From: Monocercomonoides exilis PA203
Lineage: Eukaryota > Protista > Preaxostyla
Assembly: GCA_001643675.2 (NCBI GenBank)
Contig: LSRY02000034.1
Location: 248,001 to 312,000, forward strand
Direction: 5' to 3'
Length of the DNA stretch: 64,000 bases
In this document: positions 42,521 through 56,003 of the stretch, piece by piece
Layout: every line of letters starts with the position of its first letter
How positions within the stretch are numbered: the stretch's first letter is position 1
Program-made: the position numbers and the translations under genes
The notes under the pieces: generated by a model
The model's database searches: none
Told to the model about the DNA's origin: nothing
What the model saw: the letters and a program-made list of their open reading frames with translations, nothing else

Positions 42521-43203
42521 AAGTTACTGCTTCATTAACTTATGAAGAATTTTCTATTTTTTTCTTTTTCAGCTTATTGATGGCAATATTTGGTTGAAGA
42601 TAAAATATAACTTATTTCAGTTTGAAAGTGATCCATGCACAAAGATTCATGAAAAATGCAAAACAAAACAAAAGAAAGTCTATTCTAATCTTTAAAAATG
42701 ATGTGAAAATAATAGTGTGTATGACTCCACAAAAAAGATAATGAACAAAAATTTCTTCTTCTTCCACTTTTTTTAACAAAAGAAGATTAATCACGAAAAA
42801 CTGAATATGAATCGATTTCTTTAAAAAATCTCAAATGAATAAAAGAGTTATATAACAAATCTCACCAAATCTTTGTAAAAATAATCATTCAGCAGATAAA
42901 GAGACATACAAAGAGAAGAGAAAGATTATCTTACGCATTTCTAAAATGTTTGCAAAAAGCTAAATAATTCAGCTTTTGCAATACTTGAAATAAAAAAAAA
43001 AATATATCATGAAAAGAAAAGAAGAAGAAAATACTTACGATTTGTCTTTGAGTAAATTAAGAACAAAAAGCCATCCAACATAATTTAAATAGCTTTCATA
43101 CTAAACAAATAAAAATTACATACGATAAATGTACACACATATACTAAATAAGTGATTATTCGAATATTTCTTTTTTTCTTTCTTTTTCATTATAAAAAAT
43201 AAA

Positions 43204-46200
43204 CTAAGAAGAATTTCGAGTTTTTGGTGAAAGTTTATTCGGAGATTCTAATGGATCAACATGAAGACGAACAACTGCACCTGAAAATATCTCTTTTCCA
43301 GCAGCTGAGGTGCGTTTTGAAGGAATTTTGTTCGGAGATTTAGAGGCAGCGATCGGAGAAATAGCAGATTCAGATATGTCAGTTGATTTATTTGGAGAAG
43401 GTGAATACGAAGATGAATGCGAAGATGAAAACGAGGATTGCTTTGAAATTTGCTTAGAAGAAGCAGAAGCTGAAACGGAATGTTCAGTGATTTGAGGTGA
43501 AGAGCCAGGTGAATTAGACTTTGGAGAAGTGAAAAGCGAATGAAATGGAGAAAACAAGCGTTTGACAACAGAAGGAAATGCGTGTGAATTGTTTGGTGTT
43601 TTGTTTGGAGAATTACAATCAGAAGAAGCTGAAGATGATAAATTTGAAGAGGAAGAGGATGAAGAAGATGAATTGGTTGAAACAACTTTCGAAGAAGAAG
43701 AAGAAGAAGAAGCAGGAGAAGAAGCCAAATTTGCAGAATTAGTGTGATTTGTCTGTATTAATGCTGTTTGCTGGTGATGTTGTGTGTGTTTTGAAGGAGA
43801 GGAAAGTGGATAAACAGAAGTATTATCGCGAGAACTGCTTATCTGCTGGAAAAGCTTATGAGACGAGCGAATGTGAGAAAAAGCGCCAGATTTTGAAGGA
43901 GAAAGCAAAGACGAATGATGAGACGTGTGTTTGTCTGAGGAAGAGGAAGAAATTTGTTTGAATTCTGAGTTTGGTTCATTGGTTAATTGAGCTAATGGAA
44001 GTGCATTGGAAGAATTTAAATGATTGCTTGAGTCTTGAGATGAGGAAAAAGGAGAAAATGGATAAGAAGAGGAAGAAGAAGAAGCGGAAGAAGAAGAATA
44101 TGAACCAGCTGGCAAGAAAGGCTCAGCAGAATCTGAATGAGAAGAAATGTTCGTGAGAGAAATGGTATGTTCAATGTGATTGTCTTTGATGCATTCAGAA
44201 GAAGAAGAGGAAGGAAGAGAAGAAGGGTTCGGAGTGAGGGCGGTGGAGACAGAGGAAGAAATGGAAGAGGAAAAATGAGAAGAAGCAGAAGGAGAAGAAA
44301 AATGATCGGGAGAAGAAGAGACGCAAGAAGAAGAAGAAGAATGGATGGGGACGAAGTCTGGGTGAACGGGGTTGGGTGAGTGAGGAGAATCTGAAGAAGG
44401 AAAAGAAGAGGAGGAAGGAATAATGTGGAGGACTTCGAGCGAAGGAGGAGGAGAGGAAGAAGAAGAGGATGAATCAGAAGAGGAAGGCAAGAGAATCGAG
44501 GGAGAAGAAGAAGAAGAGGTTGAAGAAGAGGCAGAGGAAGAAGATGATGATGAACAGGAATTCGAAGAAGGATTAGCAGAAGAAGAATTAGTTGGAACGA
44601 GCAAAGCAGAAGAAGACAATTCTTCTTCATCAATTTCTTCTTCTTCCTTTGCAGACTCATTCACAACGAATCCAGAAGAATGCTGATCTTCTTCGTTTTT
44701 GATTGCTTTGCTTACTTCATTTGGATGAAAAGAATCATTTTCATTGACTTTGCTGTGAAAACCATTTCCTTTCATCGCTCTGCTTCCTCTTCCATTGCCA
44801 GAAATAATTTCTTCTTCTTCTTCTTCTTCTTCTTCCGCTTCCGCTTCTGCTTCTTCATCCCCTTCCTCTTTCTCTTCTTCCTCTTCCTCTCCAACTTCTA
44901 TTTCTTTCGTCTCTTTTCTTCTCTCTTTCTCTCTCATCATCTTCCTCTCTTCTCTTCTCTTCCTCCTCTTCTCCTCTTCATCTTGCTTCTTCTTCTCTCT
45001 CTCCTTCATCCTGTTCATCAGTTCTTCGTGTGTTTCTCCTCTCTTCCATTTCGCACCCAGAATCGTCCACACATCAAACGGGCTGTTTTTTCTCTTTTCT
45101 TTTTTATCTTCGTTTATTTCTTCATTAAACCTTTGTTCATATTGAGAATTTTGAGCAAAACGAGAATTTTGCTTGTATTCGCTATATCTTTCTCTTCCTC
45201 CTTCTCTTTCTCTTTCGTTTTCTCCTTCGAATTCAGGCGGAGGCAGCCAATCTGCTGGAAGAGGCACATTTCTGATGAATGGATGTGCCAAAGCTTGTTT
45301 TGGAGTGAGTCTTTTGTTTGGCGAAGGAGAAAGAAGAAGAGAAACAAAATGGATGAAAGAGAGGAGAGAAGGAGGAAGAGAAGAAGGAGAAGGAGAAGAA
45401 GACGAGGAGGAAGAGGAGAAGGAAGAAGAAGATAAATTTGTTGAAGAATCCGAAGAAGAAGAAGAAGAAAAATAGAATTGCGAAGAATGCGAAGACAATA
45501 CAGAAGCCATATGCAGCTGGGAGAGAGAGATCTGCTGGAGAGAGGTGTGAAGAGAGGGAAGCGACTGAAAGGAATGCAAAAGATCTTCTTCTGAATGTTT
45601 GATCAGAGTAAAGGCAGAGTCCGGGGATGGGATGAGTAAGTCGTCATAAAAGGAAGAGGAAGAGGAAGAGGAAGAGGAGGAGGAAGAAGAGGAAGAAGAG
45701 GAAGAAGAGGAAGAAGAGGAAGAAGAGGAAGAAGAGGAAGAAGAGGAAGAAGAGGAAGAAGAGGAAGAAGAGGAAGAAGAGGAAGAAGAGGAAGACGACG
45801 ACGACGATGATGAAGGATAACCAGAGGAATGATAACAATGTGAATTTTCTGAAGCAGAAGGAAAAGATTCAGTTCTTTCGTTTTGTTCTGTCTCATTTGC
45901 ATTTTCCAAAGAATTGCTTCTTTCGTTGGGAGCAGGCGAAACACAGGAAATATCAGAAGAAGAAGAAGAAGAGAAGCCACTGCTGATTACGGGTTCAGAG
46001 GAAGACAATGAAGAGAAAGGATCATCCAATTCTTGTTTTGTATTTGAAGAAGAACATGAAGAAGAAGAAGAAGAAGCAGAAGCAGCAGCAGCAGAAGTTG
46101 AATGAATAGAATGTGCTTCTAAAGACAAAGGCAAAGAAAACATTCTGCGATGAGACGGAAAAGGAGGAGAGGAAGAAACAGAAGGAGAGATTGAAACATT

Positions 46201-49200
46201 CGAAGAAGAAGAAGAAGAAGAAGAAGAAGAAGAAGAAGAAGAAGAAGAAGAAGAAGAAGGCTTTTCTGTTGAAAGCTGGGTTCGATGCTGAGTTGATGAA
46301 GAACTGTTGTCAATTGATTTTGTGTTTGAAGAATGAAAAAATGAGCGGAAAGAATGAGAATGGCTGAGACGCTTCGGTCTGATAAATATGTCTTCTTCTT
46401 CTTTTTCTCTAAGTTTTGAATCAAGAAAAACTTCATTTTCTGATTTTTCTGCTTCTGCCGTGATTTCTTTTGGATTATTGCTATTTTCTGGAATATGTCT
46501 CATTTTTTCATTGCTTTCAACAATAATATTGATATTCTTTCTGTTTCCACAGTAACCTTCTCTTCTTTCCTTTTCTTTCGCCTCTTCTTCTTCTTTCCTC
46601 TTCTCCTCCTTCCTCCTGCACTCCTCCAAGTACACATTCAATGGATCATTCACATGAACCAGCTGGTTTGACTTATTTGCTGTGAAAAAGGGGTGTTTGA
46701 TAAGCGGCAGCGGGTGAATGGAAATGAAAGGGTTAGGCGGATGAGCAGGAAAGGGAATATAAACACGTCTTTTGGGGAGAGGAAAAGAAACAGAGGCAGC
46801 AGCCGTCTTTGCAACCACTGCAGACAAAGAAGGAGGGGAAGAAAGGTACATTTCGTTTTCTTTGCTGATAATGTGCAGTTTTTTGGTATGAGAAAGAATC
46901 ATTTGATAAACTCGCTTGAATACAGTTTGTGGGACGTTTTTGAAGAGATTTTGAGTTTTGCTGTTATTTTCATTGTTCATTTTGTTAACTTTGTTTGCAT
47001 TGTTTATTTGGTTGTTTTTTGGCTTCATTCCATTCTTGCTGAATATAATGTTACTGGAGAAAGATGAAGAATTTGTGTGTTTTTGCTCTCTTCCCATTGA
47101 AATTCCATTGTCATTCATATTGTTATTAACATTATAATGACATTCACCTTCTCTTTCTCTTTCTCCTTCTCCTTCTCCTTCGTGTTCATCTTCTTCATCT
47201 TCTTCATCAAAACACATTTTGCCGTTTAAATACACATAATTTGAAGTTTGCTTGCCCATTTCTGAAAATTCGTGAAGAAGAGAAGGAGAATAAGAAGGGG
47301 CTGAAAGAGAAGATGTGTTGGGATTTTGTGAATGTTGAGAGTTTGATGTGAGAGAAAGTTGATTTGAAGTGAAAGAAGAAGAAGAAGAAGAAACAAAAGA
47401 AGAAGAGGAAGAAGAAGAAGAAGATGATGAAGAGGAAGAAGAAGAAGAAGAAGAAGAAATAGAATTCAAATAAGAGAAAAACTCGTCCCAGGTTTTGAGG
47501 CGAAACTGAGGTGATTTACAATTTGGATGAGAAGAAGTGAATGAATTGTCTGAAATGAGTGTGAAATGCTGGTGAAGAACAGGTGACTGGAGGAGAAGGG
47601 AAGAAGGAAAAGGGCTGAAAGAGAAAGACATGGAAAGAGAATTATGAAATCAGAATATGAAAAGAAAAGAAATCGAAAAATAAAAATTTTCAGAAATAAA
47701 TAAGAATTATTCAAGTCATAATTATCATAATTCATCAACCTAACTCTAAAATAAGAACAAGGGGAAAAAAAAAATGCAAAATCCCATCAATAACAAACCC
47801 CAATGTATACCAAATGAGAGAGAGAAGATGATGTGTCTGGATTAAACTAAGAGCAGACATTGAACAATGAAAAGAAGGATTCCAAAGACCCCTTTGAGAA
47901 GAAGAAGGAATTGAAATGGGCGAAGAGCGGATTATTTGGCCGGTAAATGAAGAAGAAGAAGAAGATGAAGATGATGATGATAAAGTGGAGTAAAAGGAAG
48001 AAGAGGAAGAGGAAGAAGAAGAAGAAACAGAAGAAGCAGAAACAGAAGTATTAACAAAAGAAGAAGTTAACCCACCTTCATCAGAAGCAAATGCCATAAC
48101 ATTCACACCAAACTCTTTCTTCTTCAAAAAATCACCAGAAACACTCAAAAATTTGCTATTTTCTTGTTTTTCTTCTGAAAATTTGCAATTTTTTTCACAA
48201 AAAGAACAATTAATTCCATTTTCCATGATCGGAAATGCCGAGAAAAGCGGAACAATTTCCTGTTGATTCGCTGTTTTGTGATGATGATGATGTTTGTGCT
48301 TGAAGAAAGGCAGTTGTTTGACTTCAGAATTTGACTGCGAAAAATTTTGTTTCGTTTTTTTGACCCGAGTAAAACGTTGTTGTGTTGGGCGGCTGGTGAA
48401 AGTGGCGAGGGAGGAGGTGATACAATAAGGTTCATTCAGACGCTTTGAGGAAGAGGAAGAGGAGGAAGAGGAAGAGGAGGAAGAGGAAGAGGAGGAAGAG
48501 GATGATGAAAGAGGAAGGGGAGGAGCTATTGATGTGTGAGGTGATGATGACGACGACGATGATGATGAATTTGGTTCAATTGGATTCGATGGAGTGGTTG
48601 AAGATGAAGGAAGAGAAAGAGCAGAGGAAGGATGAATTGTTTGTGTTGGAGTGGAAATAGGAAGAGAAAGACAAGGAGAAAGAGAAGGGAAAGAGGTTGA
48701 AGCAGCAGTGGTATCAGAGGGAAGAGAGGAAGAAGGAGATGATGATGATGATGAGGAGGAGGAGGAGGAGGAAGAAGAAGAAGAAGAAGAAGTTTTGCCA
48801 GAAGAATAGCATCGTTGCGACCAGCCAGGAAAGCATTGCACAGAAAGAGGGGAGAAAGTGGTGGAAGGAGAGAGAGAGAATTCGAGTGCTTCAGAAGAAG
48901 CAAACGAAGGCTGTTCCGAAGAATCAGAAGGAAAAGTGAAAGAAGAAGAAGAAGAAGAAGAAGAAGAGAAGGAAGAAGAAGATGATGATGATGACGAAGA
49001 AGAAGAGAAAAACTGTGATTTTGAAGGAGATTGAGATGAAAACGGGTGAGTATTTGAAGTGAATGAAGCAGAGGTTGGCTGAAGAGAAGGGTAAAAGGTG
49101 GAGAAAAGAGGGGTTCCTGTGAAGAGCTCGAATGCAACACACCCCAAATGCCACATATCGCTCTCATAGGAAGGACTATGAAAGAAAATGTGAAAAAAAA

Positions 49201-50304
49201 AATGGAAAAAGAAAAAGGAAAAGAATAAGAAAGAAAGAAAGAAGAAAAGAAAGAAGAAGAAAAAAAAGAAGAAAATGAGTGAAATATGAATTTTCAAATG
49301 TAAAAAATATTCAAATTATAACAGCTCATACAAAAAATGCAAAAGAGTCTCTGGAGACGGGGCAAGTGTGATTGGGAGAGAAGAAATCCATTCAGAAGAA
49401 AGACAGCAGTCGAAACTGCTCAGACGAAGTTTGGGAAGTATTCTAATAACATTTCAATTTTATCAAACATTCAGAACTGAGAATAGAAAAGCAAAAAAAA
49501 AGAAAGAAATAAAAATTTTTACCGATCAACTAATATGTTTCGTGTATTTATTTGCCCATGAACAAATTTTCGATTTTTTAAAACTTCTAGCGTTTCGAGA
49601 AGCGAAATAAGTATCTTCAGTAATATTAAATAAAGATCAAATATATATTCTCTTTTTAATAATGCGCCAATTTAGAATCGATGCTGTGCAAACCAATCGA
49701 ATTGTACAAAGCGAAAAACCATATGGAGATTTATCCCTCATGAAAGAAAAGAGATCAGTTCCACAGGGATTCATAACAACAACAAGGTGATTGCAAAAAG
49801 CAAAGCTGTCACGAAGATGAATAAAATGAAAATCATCTCTGGGATCGATTCTCTTCAACTAAGAAAAAAAATTAAAATACAAAATATGTTTTGCAAAATT
49901 GTTTCTATGAAAGATTATTTTTGAAATTGTCAAACGTGTTGCAGAATTTTGCTTTCAATTGCTGAATTTTTAACACCACTTTCTGAACTTGGAAAAACTT
50001 TGAGAGTATAGCGTTTGTGTGTTCTTAGCGTTCTGCACCGTAGCACTTGTCCAGAATGGCCAAGAGCAATTGATCCTTCAACAACATATTGAACACGTCT
50101 TTTTCTATAATCTGCTTCAATAACATCACCAACCTTCAAAACAAGTTGATAGCACTCGTTGTCCAAATGCATGTTTTCTATTGCATTGTTTGGTCTTGTA
50201 ATAATCCTTCCAAAATTTTTTAATGGAGAAAGGCAATTCATGTCTTCAGAAAGAAGTCTTGCCAGTTCTGGATAACCAACCGTTGCACTTCTTAAAAAAG
50301 ACAT
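43204..50304 (-). CDS. Yak1/DYRK/HIPK-like pseudokinase, multi-exon, with very large Ser-rich inserts
   Basis: Exons give ITRPNN..N..LDN...LVLKVGDVI, ALGHSGQVLRC, YTLK, E(SKIL), LRDSFAFCNHLVVV, FVHGQINTRNIL (49524-49614), LRLSSFD...SPE, DMWHLGCVAFELFTGTPLF and FVSLLLSPSPNKRLTPKQALAHPFI. Confidence 0.8.
45652..45795. repeat. (GAGGAAGAA)n coding microsatellite (poly-Ser on minus strand)
   Basis: Direct 9-bp/6-bp periodic purine run. A pure (GAA)n run also occurs at 46202-46258. Confidence 0.9.
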
Positions 50305-50739
50305 CTTGCCGCAAATTATTTTATAGTAAATTCAACGTATCCACAAGAGCGATAATATCGAATTAAATTAAAAACTGTTAATTTTTCACAAAGAATTCAG
50401 CCCATAATTCGATAATTCAATTGACAGAAAATTTTTCATTTTGAAATTTTAAATGTTTGTTGAATAATTTTGATATGATCAAATGTTCATCTTTGATGAG
50501 AACTGTAGAATTAATTTCCAGTTTTTTTGTTGTGTTATTATTGAATAATTGGTTTATTTTCGAAAAAATAAAGAAGATTTAAACATTCAATGGAAACATT
50601 TGTCGTCATTCATGAAGAATTTAAATAAATTGGAAAATTGAAAAAAGATAATAATGATTTAACCGATTTTTGAAAAACAAGTTTATTTTCATCTTTAGAA
50701 TTGCATTTGTAAATTACTTTTGGTACGATCAACAAATGA

Positions 50740-51644
50740 ATGCTTCCTCAAATTCCTTCTGCTGAAGCATTAATTCCTCCTGGAGCGTATGTTGTGGAAG
50801 GAACTGATCAAATAAGAATTGGTATGAACACAGAACTGTAAGTTTTTTATTGATAATAAGTATTTTTTTTGAAACTTTATTCTATATTAAAATTCATCGA
50901 AACAACAATTACTTTAAATTGATGCTGTTATAAACATGCAATTAGACAATCCTTGCAGCTTAACCATTGATAATCTTCCTCAAAAGATTCATTTATATGA
51001 CTTTAAAAAGATATTCTCTGGATTTGGACGAATTGTTTCTTGCGAAATAAAAAACAACACTAAATGCATGATGCATATTTTATATAATCGATGCTTTATA
51101 GATCTATTGACTAAATTCGAATTTTTATTCATTTTCAATGCTTTTTTTCTTGTTATTGTTAGTTGACGATTCCAAAAGAGGTTATGTTGAGTTTTCGCTT
51201 CCTACTGAAGCAAGTTTAGCGATGAAAAAAGTAGATGGACAGTATTTATATTCGAAGAAGATAAAAATTAGATATTCTCACAATGATATCGAATGCGCTC
51301 AAAAAAGAAAATTAATTTTTTGTGGATTTGGAGATGTGCTGAGAGAGCAACAAATTCGAAGGTTATTCGAAGAATTTGGTGAATTAGAAGATATTTCATT
51401 ACGAAAAGATGATGAAGGATTTCTTTTAGGCGATGGATTTGTAATTTTTGAAAACATGAAAAGTGCAATAAATGCAGCTTTCAGTTTAAATGGAAAAAAA
51501 GTTCAAGGAATCATCATCAGTGTTAAGGTTTGCTTCCTATAAAGTCTTTTATTTTTATTTTTTGCGCATGTATATTGTTTCTTTTCTTATTTACTTTCAA
51601 AGCTTGCTTTTTGCGATAGACATCAAAAATTTAGCCAACTGTAG
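50740..51644 (+). CDS. Two-RRM RNA-binding protein, 3 introns
   Basis: RNP2/RNP1-like motifs LTIDNLP...FSGFGRIVSC...RGYVEF and LIFCGFG...LFEEFGEL...GDGFVIF...A..LNGK, with AT-rich introns between them. Confidence 0.8.
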
Positions 51645-51976
51645 AAAACTCAGAAAAAGACTTAAAAATTTTGAACTGGTTTTCAGGATGTTTAAAATAG
51701 ATATAATATCAAAAGATGATAACTGTTCAGAAAATATTTTTACATGGCTCATTTAGATATATCCATCAAATTTCATCAAGCTTTAATTCAATTTGATTGT
51801 TTTACATCGGGTTATCTTTTTATTGGAACATTTTTTATTTACAACAAAATTTTTTGAAATGAAAAAAATAAAAAAATTTATTAAAAAATACAAAACTCGA
51901 ATCAATTACTCTTCTTTCTTTTCTTTTTCCATTTTCACGTTCAAAGGGGTCAAATTCATCACTTGTTTCATCGTCA

Positions 51977-53483
51977 TCATTCTTTTTTTTTTCTGAATTT
52001 TCTTTTTCCTTTTTTCTTCAAAGGCAATTCTAATTCTTCAATTTCCTTTTCTTTTTCTTCAATTTCTTCAATTTTCATCTTGTGCTTCTCATTATATTCA
52101 TCCCATTCATCAAGAAGCTTTTCTTTTGTTATTTCTTTTCCGAAAAAGTCGAAACAATGTAAATGAGTAGGAATGGAGTATTGAGAAGACTGAGGAAGTT
52201 TCATTAGCACAGAACCAGATCCATTGTTGAGGACTCCGCTGTTTGTAAAGGTTTTTTTGATCACCGATGGGATGAATGCTGTGTGAAGGACTTGTGGCAA
52301 CACATCTGCAACAGTTGTTCTTTTTGAAGATGAGGAGGTGGATGATGGAGAGCTGTAATTGTTTGATAGCTCTGACTTCAATACTGCAAATACGCCTCTG
52401 TCTAGCGGTTGAGATATGTGTGTAGTATGTGGAACGAAGATGACGAAGTCTATTTCGGCTTCCTTGAACTGTCTCCATATAGTTGGATCTGCACGCGATG
52501 AGTGCGAGTCCAGGAGAAAAAGGCAACGATGAGTTTCTATAAGAATTCGCTTTCTTCTGTCAATGATAACTGGTGAAAGAACTGTTTTGGAATTTTTTTT
52601 GAATGCTGTTTTGTCCATCCAGCCGTTTGTGTTTGGACAAATGTCAAGCGACGGCGTCAACAGTGTTGTCAGTTCTTTCGGAAAATTTGCGCTCGGCCAC
52701 AGCACGACAGACGGAAGCGAGAAACCATCAGCAGCAATTCCAGCAACGAGAGTAGCATTCGGCATCCTTTCGGCAGTCTTTTTGAACCCAGCTTGTTCAT
52801 CCTGCAGGATGAACAACAACTCCACGTGTAGAAGTTGGAATTCGAAGCGAAGATTCATCGATATTGAAAATTAATTCCTCTGGATATTTATTTTCATCGT
52901 GTAATGTTTGTAATTCGGTGTACCACGGCTTAAGGACTTTCTGACAAGATGCTGCTAGTCAGTTGATATCAACTTGCCTTGGAAGCGATGACTTCAATTC
53001 CGGATGGCGCTTAATGAATGTGTGAACCGTCTTTAGAGTTGCTGTCTTTTTTATTTTTTCTTCATTTTCTCCTTCTTCTTCACTATCATTAATTATATTT
53101 TCCATCTTAATACCAATTAATATACAATTCAAATATCAATTACAAACCAGATCGCGCGCTTTTCGAAATGTGAGGTTTGTCCCAAATCGAGATTCAATTG
53201 CAACTTCTTCAAAGAATTGCTTTTCTTTTTCACAGCTAATAATTGGTGTGTGCCCTCCTTTTGCAATAGACCCGTCGTTTTTTATAGCTTTAACAGCGTG
53301 CTCCAATGACTTCTTGCTTGTTCCACCGTATTTAACCCCGTAGACCAGCCTGAAAACATTGTCATTTACAATGTGTGCTATCCTTTCTAATCTTGAACTA
53401 TATTTTCTGTAATGCAATGTAGACATTGCTTCCTTCAGCCGCTTCTGCGCCGCTTCAGCTTTCTTTTTTACTAGCAATTTCAT
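51977..53483 (-). pseudogene. pogo/Tc1-type (DDE_1) transposase, decayed
   Basis: NGWM, CLFLLDSHSSR and FVPHTTHISQPLDRGVFAVLK. The N-terminal HTH-like exon is 53136-53483. The middle part is broken by stops or frameshifts. Confidence 0.85.
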
Positions 53484-54180
53484 ATATATATTATGGGTAA
53501 TGATCGTTAATAAATTTTTTTATTTATTAATTCTCATTGAAAAATTTTTAATTAATATTTAAATTTTTGAATGAATTAGAAATATTTACAAACCTTTGTG
53601 TAGTCCTATTTCTCATGAAAGCTCAATGGAAGGACTTGAACCTCCCCCATTTCCCCCCATGTTAACTCGGGTTTTTTTCAAAATCTAAATATAAGAATAT
53701 ATCACATTTGCATATATACCAAAAATATATTTAAAAATATCATTTGTGGGTCAGATTAATTTTTTTTTAAAAAAAAGTGCCAATAAAGAAAAAAGTGCCA
53801 ATAAAAAATAATTTGATCAACAATAAAAACATTAAATCAAAAAAGATATATTCTTGATGTGTAAGATAAAAATTGGTTTATTTTAATTATTGTTTTCATT
53901 TATGTGATTTTTTATTTTTTTTTTTAATTTTTTCTTTTTTGTTGTTGAAGTAATTCAAAGGCTTTTCCACCTCTTGATTTAACTTTGGTTCTTATTTCAA
54001 AAAACACAATAATGGGCATAAACATACAAAACGCGCACCAAAAAATTTCACTAAATAATAACAAAGGAAGTTCCGTTTTATGATTCTGTTAATATTCACT
54101 TCATAACATCTTGCGAAAAGTGATGTGCGTGAAAAAAGATCAAAAAATATTTTCGCAAAAATTTTTTAAAAAAATTTTAT

Positions 54181-55331
54181 TTATGGTTCAAATTTTGAGG
54201 AATCTTCTCCTGGTCCAGCTCCAAAAGGATCTGAATCCTCGCTTTCTGATTTTAAAAGTTCTTCTTCAGTATCCTCTTTATCTTTAATTCCTAAAATCTC
54301 ATTTATATCAGGAATTTCTTCGTTTTCATCAACTTCATCATCATCAATTTCCAATTCAAATTCATCTTCAGATTGAAAATTGATAACTTTTTCAATGAAT
54401 CCTCCGTAGCAAAGAAAACATGATCTTTTAACAATGAACGTTGCAAGCACTCCAGGAATAAACCGCTCTCTCACTCCATATAATGGAAAAAAAGATCGCA
54501 AATGTACACACATTCCTTCGATAGTGTTCGTATTGGCTTTTGTGACGGGATCAACGTAATGACGTTTGTGGCAGACGGTTTGGTGGGTGTAACCAATTTC
54601 TCCTAAGCAAGAGTGAGCTTTCCACTCATCGCTGATTATTGTTGAACCTTCTTTGATTCTGTTTTTAATAATAGGGATTGGTGTCTCTTTTTTCCGATTA
54701 GGCACAATGATCACAAATTTTTTTCCTAATTCTTCTTCACCTTATCGTTCGACAGCTCCAAATATCCACATCAATTTTTTCTGCTTTCCTAATTCAAAAA
54801 ATAGTTATATTCACAACAAAAAAATTAGTATTCATGAAAACAAAATATATATTCTATGTTAAAACCTTTTTTGTATTTCCGTCTTCTCCACGCTGCTTCA
54901 TCAATTTCTACTATTTTGTCTGCTTTTCCAATTTTCTCATTTCTGTAATTTAAGGAATATAACGCTGTCGACCTTGCAACACTTGTCCAGTACCCAATCG
55001 TCATTTGAGACACATTTAACATCATGCCAATTTGCCAATCTTTGATTTCAAGCCAAAACATCAAAAGAATCATCATCACAGTGGAAACAGGCAATTTTGA
55101 AGACTCCAAAGTTGTATTTTAAAAGCAGGAAGCACTTTTCTTGCACTTTGCGCACTTCAGGAATCTTGAATGTCCCCTTCTTTTACAGATATATTTGACT
55201 TTTTTGCAGTGTTGGCAAACTGCAAAAACCTTAGGTGAATATTGTTGTATCCATTTCCAAGATGATTATTCAGATAAAAATGTTTCATACAGCGTATGGC
55301 ATTCCTTTTTGAATGGTTTTTTCCAAGACAT
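54181..55331 (-). pseudogene. Merlin/ISXO2 (IS1595-like) transposase, decayed
   Basis: N-terminal CQHC...CAKC zinc ribbon, IVEIDE, and IKEGSTIISDEWKAH..L...HQTVCH...YVDPVTKANTNTIEG. In-frame stop and frameshifts are present. Confidence 0.85.
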
Positions 55332-55743
55332 CTAATTTTTGATCGACAAAAATTTTGTGATCAAACCCATTTTTTTATGTGATTTTGAGAAAAAATTATA
55401 TTTTTTATTTTGTCAAGTGGATGCAAAGCGCAGACGAAGAACATAATATTCATAAACCTAGTCAGCTATTTATTGCAAAAATGATCGAAAGAATCAAAAA
55501 TATTTGGTATGCTTATTCTATGCTTATGCCCAATAATGAAATTTTCTGTTGAAAGAAGATCATTTCTGTAAAAAAAATTTTGGTTGGTTTAATCATTTAT
55601 TATAGCCAATCGAATCTCCTTTTTTCACCATCACACTATTATTGTTGTTATAAAAAATTTCACTTATATTTTTCTTTAACAGAGGAAATGATTTTTCCTG
55701 CAAATGAATTTGTTGATTTCGTTTTATCAAAGATTTATAAATT

Positions 55744-56003
55744 ATATGGGTTCTTCTTTTTGAAAAGTCGCAAATGTCTAATATCAGTGAAAAATATTAC
55801 AAAACCTTATTCGATAATTTTTTGCAATAAATCCGTCAAACTTCTCCGCTTTAGACTTTGTTCTCACATCAAATACGTTTTCATATTCAAATTCGCAAAG
55901 TGATAAAGTTCGATGTATTAACTGCAAAAAATGAACAAATTAGAAACATTTTTATTAAACCTTGATATTAAACATAAGTGACTTTTCTAAAAAAAAACCT
56001 ATA
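55744..56003. repeat. ~260-bp palindromic element, degenerate copy
   Basis: atatgggttcttctttttgaaaagtcgcaaatg ... cataagtgacttttctaaaaaaaaacctatat. The ends match those of 58428-58681. Confidence 0.6.

Noticed and set aside
24747-49167. Numerous short antisense or alternate-frame ORFs inside the large host genes
   Set aside because: They are by-products of GAA/TCT-rich low-complexity coding sequence.
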